Shown here: positions 1 through 10,752 of the stretch, one piece after another
How positions within the stretch are numbered: the first letter of the stretch is position 1
Layout of the letters: each line of letters begins with the position of its first letter
Virus record (IMG/VR): IMGVR_UViG_3300042302_000394
Location: 62,001 to 126,000 of that record
Length of the DNA stretch: 64,000 nt
Direction: 5' to 3' (one strand)
Translations under genes and position numbers: made by a program
The notes under the pieces: generated by a model
Seen by the model: only the letters and a program-made list of their open reading frames with translations
Databases searched by the model: none
Told to the model about the DNA's origin: nothing

Positions 1-462
1 ACCCACATCCATGCAACGATATTTTTCCATGCCTGTAGTGCCACCGTGCAAGTGACCGTGAAAGTGCAGAGAACCACGATGCATCTGATCCCATTCATAG
101 ATAGGATAGTGAAACATCACGCACTTGTGGCCATCATAGGTGATATCCAAATACTTATGTACTTCAACAAATGCATCGCGGAATGTTACATCCATTAGGG
201 TCTTGCGGTCATGGTTGCCTTCTACAAGGATCTTATCTCCGTTCAACCGATTCATCATTCGTCCAGCATCACTTCCTGACATAAACGCTACATCGCCTAA
301 GATGTAGACTAAATCACCCGGCTCTACTTTGTCGTTCCATTCTTCCGCCATTGCGTTATTCATATAAGCAACATCGTCACGAAATCGTGCCCGTGTTTGC
401 GGACAGAACTTCATAATGTTCTTGTGCCCGAAATGGAGATCCGAAGTAATCCAAGTTTTCAT
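1..462 (-). CDS. Calcineurin-like metallophosphoesterase (runs off left edge)
   Basis: Manual translation MKTWITSDLHFGHKNI with DxH, YILGD, GNHD and HFHGHLH motifs; not in ORF track because truncated. Confidence 0.8.
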   Translation of the reverse strand, partial: MKTWITSDLHFGHKNIMKFCPQTRARFRDDVAYMNNAMAEEWNDKVEPGDLVYILGDVAFMSGSDAGRMMNRLNGDKILVEGNHDRKTLMDVTFRDAFVEVHKYLDITYDGHKCVMFHYPIYEWDQMHRGSLHFHGHLHGGTTGMEKYRCMDVG

Positions 463-497
463 ATTATTTCCTATTATACAGCCAGTGACCTATACCG

Positions 498-962
498 TCA
501 ACTGGCATACCAAATTTCTTTAAACCCTTCTTCCTCAGTGGGCTCTTCCCAACTGGCAATCATGCTGGCAATAACATGATCCGGAATCTCTTTGCCAGGG
601 CGGCTCATCAATCGGCGCATAAGTTCTTTGTGTTCAGGTGTCTTAAACACTATTGCAATATGCTCATAGTCAGGTAACATGTTAAACTTGCGAGTACGAC
701 TTGCAAGAGTAGTACTAGTTTGATCCCAGATAATATCTCGATTCATTTCACGAGCCGCAACAACTTCCTTGGCCATAAGGTCTACAGCAGTGGGCATAAA
801 GTCTACAAACACTTCGCTGTAGGTGCGTCCTACTTCCTTTGCGTAGATTTCAACCCACTTGTCTGTGCTAATACAAGAGCAGGTCAACGCCCAGTCTTGT
901 TCAGCCACCCAAGTACTTTTACCTGAACCAGGCACTCCAATCAATTGATAACATTTTGCCAT
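498..962 (-). CDS. P-loop kinase, AAA_33/polynucleotide kinase-like
   Basis: GVPGSGKST Walker A, ISTD and IIWDQT motifs. Confidence 0.8.
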   Translation of the reverse strand: MAKCYQLIGVPGSGKSTWVAEQDWALTCSCISTDKWVEIYAKEVGRTYSEVFVDFMPTAVDLMAKEVVAAREMNRDIIWDQTSTTLASRTRKFNMLPDYEHIAIVFKTPEHKELMRRLMSRPGKEIPDHVIASMIASWEEPTEEEGFKEIWYAS

Positions 963-1430
963 TTAATCTACACTCCTAAAAGTTCGCCAATCGTCTATGT
1001 TTGGCTTTTCATCTTCATCATATGTCCAACCCAAAGCCTTCATCATGCGATGCTTGACCAATAGGTTGGGGCTACGGAATCTACCTGTGTCTTCAAAGCC
1101 CATCATAACACCAACTTCGCAAACTGCACCACTGCGGCAAATACCCGCATAGCAGTGAACAACTACATTCATACGGTTGTCCTTTGCGTGTTGCAACAGT
1201 CGAACAAGCTCGTTAGCCTGCTCTTGACTACATTTCATTGCTTCTTCCAACACTTCGTCCTTGGCCTCTACGTCCAAAAACTCAAAGTTGTGTTGCTCTT
1301 TAAACTTGTGAGCAGGCACAGGGCGCCAGCTGGCCGGATCAACAATGCTGATCAGCATACTGTTCTCACCTGCCTCATGATGAAACCTTGTGGGTATATC
1401 AGCGGCCGCTACGTTTTCAATCCATGGCAT
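963..1430 (-). CDS. Cys-dependent (tyrosine/dual-specificity-like) phosphatase
   Basis: VHCYAGICRS = HCxxGxxRS signature. Confidence 0.8.
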   Translation of the reverse strand: MPWIENVAAADIPTRFHHEAGENSMLISIVDPASWRPVPAHKFKEQHNFEFLDVEAKDEVLEEAMKCSQEQANELVRLLQHAKDNRMNVVVHCYAGICRSGAVCEVGVMMGFEDTGRFRSPNLLVKHRMMKALGWTYDEDEKPNIDDWRTFRSVD

Positions 1431-1453
1431 TTTATTCTCCTGCGCATTATATA

Positions 1454-1482
1454 ATTATAGCATCACTTTACCATTTTGTCAA
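1454..1482 (-). promoter_or_regulatory. sigma70-type promoter
   Basis: TTGACA-N17-TATAAT on minus strand upstream of phosphatase gene. Confidence 0.65.
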
Positions 1483-1498
1483 GCCAGTAAATAATGTT

Positions 1499-1711
1499 AT
1501 GTCCACCCAAAAAACTCGCCTAGAAAAAAAAGCTGACGATATATTTGAGTTGCTGGATCATTATGTTTATCCCACAACGGGCGAAACACTGGCAGCTCAA
1601 AAGGGTTTGATGGTAGGCTGGTTAGCTAGACTGGCAACTACTGACTGGACAGTTGCAGAAGAATTAGAAAGACGATTACATCTTGCTCGGAAACAAAAAG
1701 GTAAAATTTGA
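1499..1711 (+). CDS. Hypothetical protein
   Basis: ORF from MSTQKT, preceded by TAAATA. Confidence 0.55.
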   Translation: MSTQKTRLEKKADDIFELLDHYVYPTTGETLAAQKGLMVGWLARLATTDWTVAEELERRLHLARKQKGKI

Positions 1712-1747
1712 ATTTTATACCCTCTAATTTTAGAAATAAATATAATT

Positions 1748-2299
1748 ATGAGATGTTTCTATAAATTAAAAATTAATAATCTAGAATCTATACAGGCACA
1801 CGCATTATCTAAAATATCTGAAGAAGATCTTAATTTGATGCCAACTAGATTATTTTATCCAGAATATAATTTTTTAGATGATCAAGATCTCTTATGTGCG
1901 TTAAATCAATACGGGTTGACAAATTATATACATAATGTTGCTCTTTTTGTTCTCAATTCAGGAGGCATAAGCCCTATTCATGTCGACGGGGATAATGACT
2001 ATAATTGGAGTTTAAATATACCTTTAAAAAATTGCAGATATACTCGAACTAATTTTTATCAATCTAATGAGGTTCCTGTTAAGAAAAAAAGTCCAAACAG
2101 TGATATAGAATACAGTATCTTTGATCCAAACTCTTGCACACTACTAGATTCTCTTCGATTATCTGATCCATTTTTAATGAATGTGTCAGTTCCTCACAGC
2201 ATATCTAATCTTACTTTTACAACAAGAGTTTCTATATGTATAAGAATAAAATCTACATTTGACATAGAAGCCGCTCTGTCAGAATGGGATTTAAAATAA
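1748..2299 (+). CDS. Short 2OG-Fe(II) oxygenase/cupin-like protein
   Basis: IHVD...SLNIPLKNC...VPH...R motif (HxD...H facial triad). Confidence 0.65.
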   Translation: MRCFYKLKINNLESIQAHALSKISEEDLNLMPTRLFYPEYNFLDDQDLLCALNQYGLTNYIHNVALFVLNSGGISPIHVDGDNDYNWSLNIPLKNCRYTRTNFYQSNEVPVKKKSPNSDIEYSIFDPNSCTLLDSLRLSDPFLMNVSVPHSISNLTFTTRVSICIRIKSTFDIEAALSEWDLK

Positions 2300-2306
2300 C
2301 GAATTT

Positions 2307-2846
2307 CTACATAATAAATTTTTCAAATCTACTTAATGCATCCTGCCATTTGAAATATTTCGAATTGTGTAATGATACTTTTATACTAACACACCATCGA
2401 GGTGACGTTATATTTGATACGTTATGAGGAACACCGCTTTGAAATAAACACGCCCCTTGTAAGTTTACGGATTCGATTAACTGCATTTTATCAATTTCGT
2501 AGTCTCTTTTCCAAGCTACACCATTGTGTTTCGGTAGTCCTGGATACTTATTAATTGATCTGTACCAGTTAACTAGACTATCATTTGCATTTATATAAAA
2601 ATTTAAATTTGTTTGATCGTAAACGTTATAGTTGTCTATATGAATCGGGGAAGACGTGCTTTCCCCACTATAATAAATTATTAGGCCGTTTAGTCGAAAA
2701 TCATCAATTTTCTTTAACAGTTCTAGCATATCTGGACTTAATATTTCTGTTATATGAGCAGTACCTAATTTCCATTGTTTTTCGCATACAAAAGATTCGC
2801 TAAGAAACGGTACAGGAAATGACAGTTTTTTAAAATAATCGCTCAT
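2307..2846 (-). CDS. Short 2OG-Fe(II) oxygenase/cupin-like protein
   Basis: IHID...NLNF...VPHNV...RW motif. Confidence 0.65.
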   Translation of the reverse strand: MSDYFKKLSFPVPFLSESFVCEKQWKLGTAHITEILSPDMLELLKKIDDFRLNGLIIYYSGESTSSPIHIDNYNVYDQTNLNFYINANDSLVNWYRSINKYPGLPKHNGVAWKRDYEIDKMQLIESVNLQGACLFQSGVPHNVSNITSPRWCVSIKVSLHNSKYFKWQDALSRFEKFIM

Positions 2847-2909
2847 TCAAATATTTACCACCTAATTATTAATCGAGCTTTCTAGGAGTAATAAGAGCAG
2901 ATAAATATT

Positions 2910-3476
2910 TTGATGAAATATTATAAAAAAATAGAAATTGAAAACTTAGAGGTAATACAGAAAAAAGTTTTACAATTTATTAAATTTAAACACCCCACTA
3001 TATATTTTAGAAAAGTTGAGTCATCTTGGAACCATCTCGATGTTCCGAGTTTGTTGGCGGCATGCCCAGAACTTTCTGAGTCTTTCGGCAAATTGAATTT
3101 ATCCTGCATTTTTGCGTCAATTCATATAATGTATGATAATACACATTCTGCTATACATACTGATATTACGCCCTGGAAAGCTAGAATTAACATTCCTATT
3201 TTAAATTGCAACGGAACATTTACTAAATTTTATACAGGTGAAAAGGTAGTAGAAGAAATTAGGACCATGGCAAATAATAAAACGTTTAAGGTAGATGCAA
3301 TTATAAATCCACTTGAATGTATTGAAGTAGACGCATACGAATTAACACAGCCGTTAATTCTTAAAACTTATATACCACATAGGGTTTTTATGAATGAAAC
3401 TTCGAGACCTAGAATAGCATTGTCAATTGGCTGCGATCCTGATCCATTCTATCAATATTTTTCGTCAGACGAATAA
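2910..3476 (+). CDS. Short 2OG-Fe(II) oxygenase/cupin-like protein
   Basis: IHTD...INIPILNC...IPH...R motif. Confidence 0.65.
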   Translation: MMKYYKKIEIENLEVIQKKVLQFIKFKHPTIYFRKVESSWNHLDVPSLLAACPELSESFGKLNLSCIFASIHIMYDNTHSAIHTDITPWKARINIPILNCNGTFTKFYTGEKVVEEIRTMANNKTFKVDAIINPLECIEVDAYELTQPLILKTYIPHRVFMNETSRPRIALSIGCDPDPFYQYFSSDE

Positions 3477-4043
3477 ATCTGTAGTATCCACTACATCTTC
3501 AATATTTCTAAATTTAATAGGATGTAGTCCCCATCGCACGGTAAACATTATCCTTATATCATCATTAAAATTTTTAACACCATGCATGACATCACCTTTA
3601 ACAAAACAAGGCTTTGTTATCTCAAGGTCTTCGATAATTTCTAATTTAGAATTGTCTATAGGAGTTAGACCATGCAGGTAACTGCTTTGTACGGCACCCA
3701 TGACTAGATTTTCTTTTGGACAATGATACCATAACATTTTTGTATTATGACAATTTAATACAGGAATATTTAATCCAAACGGTACTGTAATGAATGAACT
3801 ATCAACATGAGGAGCTAGCTCAGCATGCCCCGGTGTAAAATAAAACCTAAGTAATCGAATTTGACTTTTACTCCTCGACTTTAGCCACCTCATTAATTTT
3901 GGACAATGTTCAGTCATATGCTCTTCACTGAACGTACATGCATGTAGGCCTTTAGATGCATAATCATAATTAATAGATTTAATTAATTCGTGTTGAATCT
4001 CTTCAAAGTTGGGGATATGGATGTATCTATAAAGTTCTTGCAT
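3465..4043 (-). CDS. Short 2OG-Fe(II) oxygenase/cupin-like protein
   Basis: PHVD...LNIPVLNC...MHGV...R motif. Confidence 0.65.
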   Translation of the reverse strand: MQELYRYIHIPNFEEIQHELIKSINYDYASKGLHACTFSEEHMTEHCPKLMRWLKSRSKSQIRLLRFYFTPGHAELAPHVDSSFITVPFGLNIPVLNCHNTKMLWYHCPKENLVMGAVQSSYLHGLTPIDNSKLEIIEDLEITKPCFVKGDVMHGVKNFNDDIRIMFTVRWGLHPIKFRNIEDVVDTTDLFV

Positions 4044-4088
4044 ACTTCCAAATATTTAGTAATAAATACTTTACAAACTTTAAAAATT

Positions 4089-4709
4089 ATGCTACCTTCT
4101 ATAACATTAAACCCTGATGATTATTATTATGCACTTAATCAGCCCTGTACAATCTTACCTCAACTATTAGAATATGTTCAAAGTGTAGAAGACTGGGAGG
4201 GATTAGATTGGCATACATTTTATTTAGATGTACCAAATAGGACTGCTTGTAATTTCGAATCAGATCCTGTAATTAAATTTTTTCTAGATCAGGGATGGAG
4301 GTTAAACTTCACATGTATGCCCCCTAAGGGGCATTATCGATGGCATATCGATAATCAAGGAAATAGACAAACCGCAATAAATTTAGCACTAAATGGTTTT
4401 GAAACAACTAAAGTTATGTGGCGACCAAATAGACCGTACGTGCGAAAAATGAATACAGAAATTATGGATATTCCCTACACACCTGGTACGTATTTTGTAT
4501 TTAATACACAAGAGGAACATTGTGTAACTAATTTCAGTAATGAAAATAGATATCTATTAAGCATTACACCAGATAAAAGATTTGCTGTTCCTGAGTATTT
4601 TGACGGAATTTATAAAAATGTAAGTCCTAGTCGATACGCTGAAATTCTAAAAGGTTACAAGCTAGCATTTAAAGAGGTCGTTAGCGAAGTTAAAGCACAA
4701 GGTTGGTAG
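4089..4709 (+). CDS. Short 2OG-Fe(II) oxygenase/cupin-like protein
   Basis: WHID...AINL...EHCV...RY; start moved to MLPSIT after TAAATA. Confidence 0.6.
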   Translation: MLPSITLNPDDYYYALNQPCTILPQLLEYVQSVEDWEGLDWHTFYLDVPNRTACNFESDPVIKFFLDQGWRLNFTCMPPKGHYRWHIDNQGNRQTAINLALNGFETTKVMWRPNRPYVRKMNTEIMDIPYTPGTYFVFNTQEEHCVTNFSNENRYLLSITPDKRFAVPEYFDGIYKNVSPSRYAEILKGYKLAFKEVVSEVKAQGW

Positions 4710-4721
4710 TAGATTTTAAAT

Positions 4722-5330
4722 TCAGTCTTTCCATCTAATAGTATTCCAATCAAACATAAAATTTAAGTTAAGTTGTTCGTACGCTATCCATTGTTTAGTG
4801 TACTGAATATTAAGAGGAAAATCAATTACATTAAAATTATTATAAAATAGATGATGTAATTGTCTAGGTGATCGAGTTTCACCTAATCTTTTTCTTTTAA
4901 ATGTTTCTATCAAATTTTTATTATAGTCATTAAATGTGATAGCAATAGCTTTACAATTATTGTCTATTGCCCATTGTTTGTGCATTGGTAAAAAAAGTTC
5001 TCTAGGTAATCCTAAATGTCGGTAATCTTTTGTAACCCATGTTCTACATCCGCCTATGGCAACTTCATTGGAGAATTCACTTCTATAAACTCCCGAACAG
5101 GCTACAATAGTTTCATTTTTTATCGCTAAGTGAAACGCTCCACTGGTTTCAAAATATCGATGCCTGTTGTATATTTGATGTATTAGTGTGTTAGATTTAG
5201 TATGCCAATCTTCTACCCACATATTGCTGTGTGCTAGCTGAGTAATTTCTTCTGATGCCTCTTGACAAAATTTAAAAAATAAACTTTTATCCTCTAACTC
5301 GTCATACCGAATAAGTGTTAGATCAGACAT
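4722..5330 (-). CDS. GNAT-like acyltransferase
   Basis: RTWVTKDYRHLGL resembles the acetyl-CoA binding motif. Confidence 0.5.
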   Translation of the reverse strand: MSDLTLIRYDELEDKSLFFKFCQEASEEITQLAHSNMWVEDWHTKSNTLIHQIYNRHRYFETSGAFHLAIKNETIVACSGVYRSEFSNEVAIGGCRTWVTKDYRHLGLPRELFLPMHKQWAIDNNCKAIAITFNDYNKNLIETFKRKRLGETRSPRQLHHLFYNNFNVIDFPLNIQYTKQWIAYEQLNLNFMFDWNTIRWKD

Positions 5331-5871
5331 TGCTAACTAAATCTTCAAAATTTGGATTACCGTGAAATCTCATAGTAAATACCCACCGATCTTCGAGTTG
5401 ATTTGATTGTGCTGAATGCGGACAATCTACTCTTAATAGATGAGGGCTGTCAATTTCTAATTTAAAATCTTCTGTATATGGTTCTTGCCACATAATTTCA
5501 TGATAAACGTTGTTGGATAACATTACAAGAGATGTGCTGTATTTTCCTTTATACCAAATTTGGTAACTGTTTTTACAACCTTTCAACGGAATGTTTATTG
5601 CAGATTTTATAATACCTTCTTCATTACCGTCTATATGAATACCTTGAAAACTATTCTTTGGTCTAATATAACTTAGACAATAGCGAACAGGAGGTATATT
5701 ATACCTAGCTAGGTCTGCATCAATTATATGCTTTAATTGATTGTTGAGCTCGTGTCTTATTTGTATTTGTCTATCTACAGGAATTGAAGTATCTATCTTT
5801 TTCTCTATATCTAAAATTGCAAATTCTTTTATAAGATGTTCGCATGTTAAATGAATTTTTTTACAGTACAC
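5323..5871 (-). CDS. Short 2OG-Fe(II) oxygenase/cupin-like protein
   Basis: IHID...AINIPLKGC...CPH...RW. Confidence 0.65.
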   Translation of the reverse strand: MYCKKIHLTCEHLIKEFAILDIEKKIDTSIPVDRQIQIRHELNNQLKHIIDADLARYNIPPVRYCLSYIRPKNSFQGIHIDGNEEGIIKSAINIPLKGCKNSYQIWYKGKYSTSLVMLSNNVYHEIMWQEPYTEDFKLEIDSPHLLRVDCPHSAQSNQLEDRWVFTMRFHGNPNFEDLVSNV

Positions 5872-5936
5872 GATGTTTATCGTAAAATTTTGGAATATCT
5901 TTTATTTAACTCTCTGCAATTTTGTAATATAAATAT

Positions 5937-6563
5937 ATGAAACATATTATGATAGTAGCCACACCACTTAACCTTCCTACTGTAGTCCCTGACGATTGGT
6001 CTGTATTTTGGAATATTTGGAACAATTATGGAAAACCTATAGTTAAAACGCAACAAAACCATAAGGGATCTTATTCAAAAATTGGAGATACAGATGTCTG
6101 GAAAGGTTTAGATATCTATAAAAATAATTTATTTCGATCTGCATGGACTGCACCTTACTATGATATTCGAGAAGAACTTCCCTTAATGTATCAAATGATT
6201 ACAAAAATTCCTCTATTCTCTCTTGTCACTGGTGTTAGGGTTGTAGAAAGCCTAGGAAATATTCCGCCACACACTGATGATAATATAGATCGATGGAACG
6301 TTAGAGCAATGTTGCATTATACTGATTCGAACCCTCAATGGTTTTTTACTAAACCGAATGATACAAAAACTGCTGTGTTGTTAACATTGCCAGAGTCCAC
6401 TAATTGGTTTGCATATAACGATAAGTACACATGGCATGGGTCGAAGTATAACCCGGATCACCCTAAATTATTAATTCAAATGTTTGGAGTAGGATTTAAG
6501 AACAGTCAGTTCCTACAAAAAAGTGCAGAAATGTACAAAGAATATACAATATCATATGACTAA
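5937..6563 (+). CDS. 2OG-Fe(II) oxygenase-like protein
   Basis: PHTD...WHGS...K motif. Confidence 0.5.
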   Translation: MKHIMIVATPLNLPTVVPDDWSVFWNIWNNYGKPIVKTQQNHKGSYSKIGDTDVWKGLDIYKNNLFRSAWTAPYYDIREELPLMYQMITKIPLFSLVTGVRVVESLGNIPPHTDDNIDRWNVRAMLHYTDSNPQWFFTKPNDTKTAVLLTLPESTNWFAYNDKYTWHGSKYNPDHPKLLIQMFGVGFKNSQFLQKSAEMYKEYTISYD

Positions 6564-7344
6564 TTTATTTCAAGCTAGTTCAACTACTGTTAGGTATTCT
6601 CATATTGTAGCAAGGTTAGCAATTATTATAGGTGCATTCTTTGTAACATTTAATTTACCCTTATTACTTGTGTCTGCTATTGCATATCATGTTTTACTAT
6701 CTATCGGTATAAGCATAATGATGCATAGATACTTCAGCCATAAAAGTTTTGAATTTAAAAATAATATTGTCAGAAAAGTTTTTATTATAATTTCATTGCT
6801 TTCGTTGCGAGGAAGTCCAATAGCTTGGGCATACATCCATCGAGCACATCACGAACACGTAGATACCGAAGATGATCCGCATACTCCTGTTGGTAGAAAA
6901 TTTAACTTTTTTGGATTACTTGACAACAAAAATAAAGCTGATGATATTCAGATATTTAAAATTAGATCTATGATGACCAAGGAGCACCTATTTATTAATC
7001 AATACTATTGGTTGATCTTAGCATGTTTGTTAGTACCTTTTGCATTTATTAATTTTACATTATTTTATTATACATGGCTAGTTCCTGTAGTTCTTGTACA
7101 ATTTTCTATTAATTTACAAAACTATTTAGGACATATGTCAGGTATAGGTGCGTATAGGACTTACACTAATCCATCTAGCGGCAATAGTCAAAATAGTTTG
7201 TTATTGTGGCCTTTATATTTAGGTGAAGCGTGGCATAACAACCACCATGCACATGCTCGACATTATCACTACGGAACTGAAATAAGTGGAAAGTGGTGGG
7301 AGATCGATCCCGGTGCAATGCTCATTAAGTTACTGAAAAAATGA
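6556..7344 (+). CDS. Membrane fatty acid desaturase (delta-9-like)
   Basis: His boxes HRYFSH, HRAHH, HNNHH; WWEID C-terminus. Confidence 0.9.
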   Translation: MTNLFQASSTTVRYSHIVARLAIIIGAFFVTFNLPLLLVSAIAYHVLLSIGISIMMHRYFSHKSFEFKNNIVRKVFIIISLLSLRGSPIAWAYIHRAHHEHVDTEDDPHTPVGRKFNFFGLLDNKNKADDIQIFKIRSMMTKEHLFINQYYWLILACLLVPFAFINFTLFYYTWLVPVVLVQFSINLQNYLGHMSGIGAYRTYTNPSSGNSQNSLLLWPLYLGEAWHNNHHAHARHYHYGTEISGKWWEIDPGAMLIKLLKK

Positions 7345-7901
7345 TACGATTTTTAACAATGGATGACTTGCCGGATTGCATGAAAATTGCACCATTAAAA
7401 AATAGAACCGGTGGCACTGTTCCATTAACACTCGAAGGATTTTTAGGTGCCTTTGAAAAATATTTCCAGGATGATGAATTTTGCCGTGTGATTGGATACT
7501 TTGAAAATAATGAACTTGTTAGTTTTGTATGTATCAGAATGTTCGAAACTACGATGAGAGGAAAATTTTGGGTTATTTCGGGATTATATACTAAGAATTT
7601 TAAAAGTTATTTTAGCTTTAACCATTCAGGAATAGGCGAATTAATTAAATTTGCATTCGATTATGCTGAATCACGAGGTTGGTATGAATATTATTATTGC
7701 ACTGCCGAACGTGTAATAAATGTATATGAAAGACAATGGAAACGATCACACTCTCATAGATACGAACATATATTGTTAGACGTTGTTCCACCTAATACAA
7801 AACCATTTTATGAATTGCACTGGAGACTAATGGGGCAAGAAGTTAAACCTGTCCCAATGATTGTTAAAAAGCGAGCGTTAAAACAAGAATTTAGAAAATA
7901 A
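7341..7901 (+). CDS. Hypothetical, possibly GNAT-fold
   Basis: MIRFLTMDD start and GIGELIKFAFDYAESRG segment. Confidence 0.4.
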   Translation: MIRFLTMDDLPDCMKIAPLKNRTGGTVPLTLEGFLGAFEKYFQDDEFCRVIGYFENNELVSFVCIRMFETTMRGKFWVISGLYTKNFKSYFSFNHSGIGELIKFAFDYAESRGWYEYYYCTAERVINVYERQWKRSHSHRYEHILLDVVPPNTKPFYELHWRLMGQEVKPVPMIVKKRALKQEFRK

Positions 7902-7947
7902 AAATCAGTTATTTTATCCTATAAATATAATGCTCATAGGAAACTAA

Positions 7948-8724
7948 ATGAACACAGCATTTTTATCTAGCAGCACTAGGGGTGCTCAACTATTCTTGAT
8001 ATTAAATTTAATAGGTACTTTCGGTGCTGTCTGGTTGTACGGATTAAATTTTAATTCTTTTATGATGGTACTAGTGGGATACTTTTTATATGGTTGTTTA
8101 GGTATCGTCGTAACTTATCACAGAAATCTTTCTCACAATAGTTATAGAACACATCCGATCATTGTAAAGATATTTTCATTATTAGGATGCTTTGCAGGGA
8201 CCGGCAGTCCACTTGCATGGGTGGCCATTCATATCAATCATCACTTAAAGAGTGACAAGCCTACTGATCCGCATAGTCCGTTATACAAAGGGGTAAAGAT
8301 CTTTATGATGGATTATATAAATGAAGTTGATAAAGATACAAAATGGAGAATGAGGGCATTAGTCACTGACAGATTCCAGCAATTCCTACATAGATATTAT
8401 TTTGCAATCATTGCAACCTATAGCCTTGTACTATTTTTAATAGGAGGATTTTGGTTGATGGTATTTTTTCATTGGGCGCCTGCTGCAATGACCGCCCTTA
8501 TGAGTAATGTTGTTAATTATGTGGGACACAAACCAAGTTGGTGGGGTGGATATAGAACACACAATCTAAATGATCAAAGTACAAATAATTGGCTATGGGC
8601 TATTCCTAGTTGGGGGGAAGCGTGGCACAACAATCATCATAGATATCCTAGGAATTTTAGTTTTGGAAACAAGTGGTGGGAGATTGATATTTCGGCACTT
8701 GTAATTAGATTGATTAAAATTTAA
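7948..8724 (+). CDS. Membrane fatty acid desaturase (delta-9-like)
   Basis: HRNLSH, HINHH, HNNHH, DPHSP motifs. Confidence 0.9.
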   Translation: MNTAFLSSSTRGAQLFLILNLIGTFGAVWLYGLNFNSFMMVLVGYFLYGCLGIVVTYHRNLSHNSYRTHPIIVKIFSLLGCFAGTGSPLAWVAIHINHHLKSDKPTDPHSPLYKGVKIFMMDYINEVDKDTKWRMRALVTDRFQQFLHRYYFAIIATYSLVLFLIGGFWLMVFFHWAPAAMTALMSNVVNYVGHKPSWWGGYRTHNLNDQSTNNWLWAIPSWGEAWHNNHHRYPRNFSFGNKWWEIDISALVIRLIKI

Positions 8725-9596
8725 TGAAATTTAATAGCAAACATCCAATTGTGGCTATGCCCATGAATGGAGTATCCAATGTTGACTTAGCTATTGCTGT
8801 AACTCAAGCGGGTGCTGTACCTAGTTTGTCAATCTTTAATTATTATGAAGGTGGAAAAGTAAATCTAAAGCATGTAGATGCCAGTTTAAAAAGGTTTACA
8901 GATGCAACCAGTTCTACAGAAATAATTTTAAGTATGCACTGGGAACATTTTATATGGACTCCTGTTATAGATGTTCTATTAGAAAATAATATAAAATTAG
9001 TTGAACTTTTTATTAGACCATCAGATCATCATTTGTGGCCTGAATTATCTAAACAGATCGACAATATGAAGGTACACGGTATAGCTGTAATGTTTAAAAC
9101 TTCTAATCGGCTACCTATGTCCTATTTTGATTCGATAGTATTGAAAGGTCCTCAGGCTGCTGGGAGATCATTCGGTAGTCTAGTATCATTAGAAGATCGA
9201 TATGATGCTATGAAAGAACAAGTAGGATCAAGAATCATTCCAAGCGGTGGTATTGGCAGTCCTGAACAGGTAAAATATTTTATGGACAGAGAAGCATTAG
9301 CTGTGGGTATTGGCACACTACTTGCAGCATCTGAAGAAAGTTGTGTGTCAAGCGATACTAAACAAAAAATTATAGAGTCCACATCAAAAGATATCAAATT
9401 AATAGGTCCGTTAAATTGCAGAGGGCTGTTATTTTCTAGACTAGAAAATGACGACGATAACAATTCCAAATCTCTATATGAGGGTATCAAGGGAACTAAT
9501 TCCGGATGCATCTATGTAGGCAACGGAATAGACTATATAAACAAAATAATGCCAGTAAAAGATATAATAGAGTGGTTAGTTAAAGATGTTAATTAA
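8724..9596 (+). CDS. Nitronate monooxygenase/FabK-like FMN oxidoreductase
   Basis: PIVAMPMNGVS, AAGR, IPSGGIG, VGIGT, ASEES motifs. Confidence 0.75.
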   Translation: MKFNSKHPIVAMPMNGVSNVDLAIAVTQAGAVPSLSIFNYYEGGKVNLKHVDASLKRFTDATSSTEIILSMHWEHFIWTPVIDVLLENNIKLVELFIRPSDHHLWPELSKQIDNMKVHGIAVMFKTSNRLPMSYFDSIVLKGPQAAGRSFGSLVSLEDRYDAMKEQVGSRIIPSGGIGSPEQVKYFMDREALAVGIGTLLAASEESCVSSDTKQKIIESTSKDIKLIGPLNCRGLLFSRLENDDDNNSKSLYEGIKGTNSGCIYVGNGIDYINKIMPVKDIIEWLVKDVN

Positions 9597-10752
9597 TAAG
9601 TTACTGGGCTATTATACATGTGACGGTTTAGAATTTGAATCAAAAATTCAAGCATGTTTTCATTCTCTTAAAGTCAACAAGCCAGTTGACTGGGTCTTTA
9701 ATGATTTAGAATTTAGCATACACGACTGGACTAAAGAACCAGAAGAAACATTAGACCAATTATATGATAAACGAGTGAGAGATCTGCGAGCAAAATACGA
9801 TTATCTTATTTTAAGTTACAGCGGCGGCGCTGATAGCCATCAAATTTTAATGAGTTTTATTAGACAAGGTATACACTTAGATGAGCTGCTAATCAACACA
9901 ATGGAAAAAGGTTGGAAACCTTATACTAGTTTAGATCCTAGAAATGTTTCTAGTTTGAATTCAGGGGCCGAGCATTACCTACAAACTATTCCAAGACTAA
10001 AAGAAGTAGAGCAGTTTATTCCAAAAACAAAGATTACAATCTGTGATCTAACTGATCAAGTTAACGATTCATTATTGTCAGTAGGTGATGCAAGCTGGGT
10101 ATTGCAAAAAAGAGAAGCATTGAATCCTATAGGAATTACTCGATTTAACTATGTATACTTTGATGAAGTTCGTAGACTGTTTGATAAAGAGAAGAAGATA
10201 GGTATTATACTTGGAGTAGAAAAACCTAAAAGCATTATCCATGAAGGTCAATTTTGGATGAGATTCAATGATCGATCAGCTAACATGGTTACAATTGTCG
10301 ATCACATAAAAGATTACGACAACAGTGTTATTGAATATTTTTACTGGAGCCCTGAGTGTGTGCCATTATTAATCAAACAAGGACATGTGATAAAAAGATG
10401 GCTAGAATTAAATCCTAATTATCAGCAATACTGGAACACTAAAACTTCTAGTTATGCTTCTGTAAGATTTTGGCATGAGAGATTATTAAGAAAAGTTATG
10501 TATCCGACAACTTGGAATAATTCTTGGTTTCAAGTGCATAAAGCAACAAAAGATTGGTATAGCGAATTTGACAATTGGTTCATCGAAGGAAGCGTTAAAA
10601 CAAAAGCCAATGTCATATGGCATGAGGGCATTGATTATGTTAGGAATTCTTTAACTCCATTTTTGAGATACGATTTAGAAACAAATCAACCAGACGGATT
10701 ACAATCCTTTGTTAAACAATATTTAATTGGTAGAGTTGAAACACGGTCTTAA
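9586..10752 (+). CDS. PP-loop adenine nucleotide alpha-hydrolase-like protein
   Basis: LSYSGGADS motif. Confidence 0.6.
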   Translation: MLINKLLGYYTCDGLEFESKIQACFHSLKVNKPVDWVFNDLEFSIHDWTKEPEETLDQLYDKRVRDLRAKYDYLILSYSGGADSHQILMSFIRQGIHLDELLINTMEKGWKPYTSLDPRNVSSLNSGAEHYLQTIPRLKEVEQFIPKTKITICDLTDQVNDSLLSVGDASWVLQKREALNPIGITRFNYVYFDEVRRLFDKEKKIGIILGVEKPKSIIHEGQFWMRFNDRSANMVTIVDHIKDYDNSVIEYFYWSPECVPLLIKQGHVIKRWLELNPNYQQYWNTKTSSYASVRFWHERLLRKVMYPTTWNNSWFQVHKATKDWYSEFDNWFIEGSVKTKANVIWHEGIDYVRNSLTPFLRYDLETNQPDGLQSFVKQYLIGRVETRS

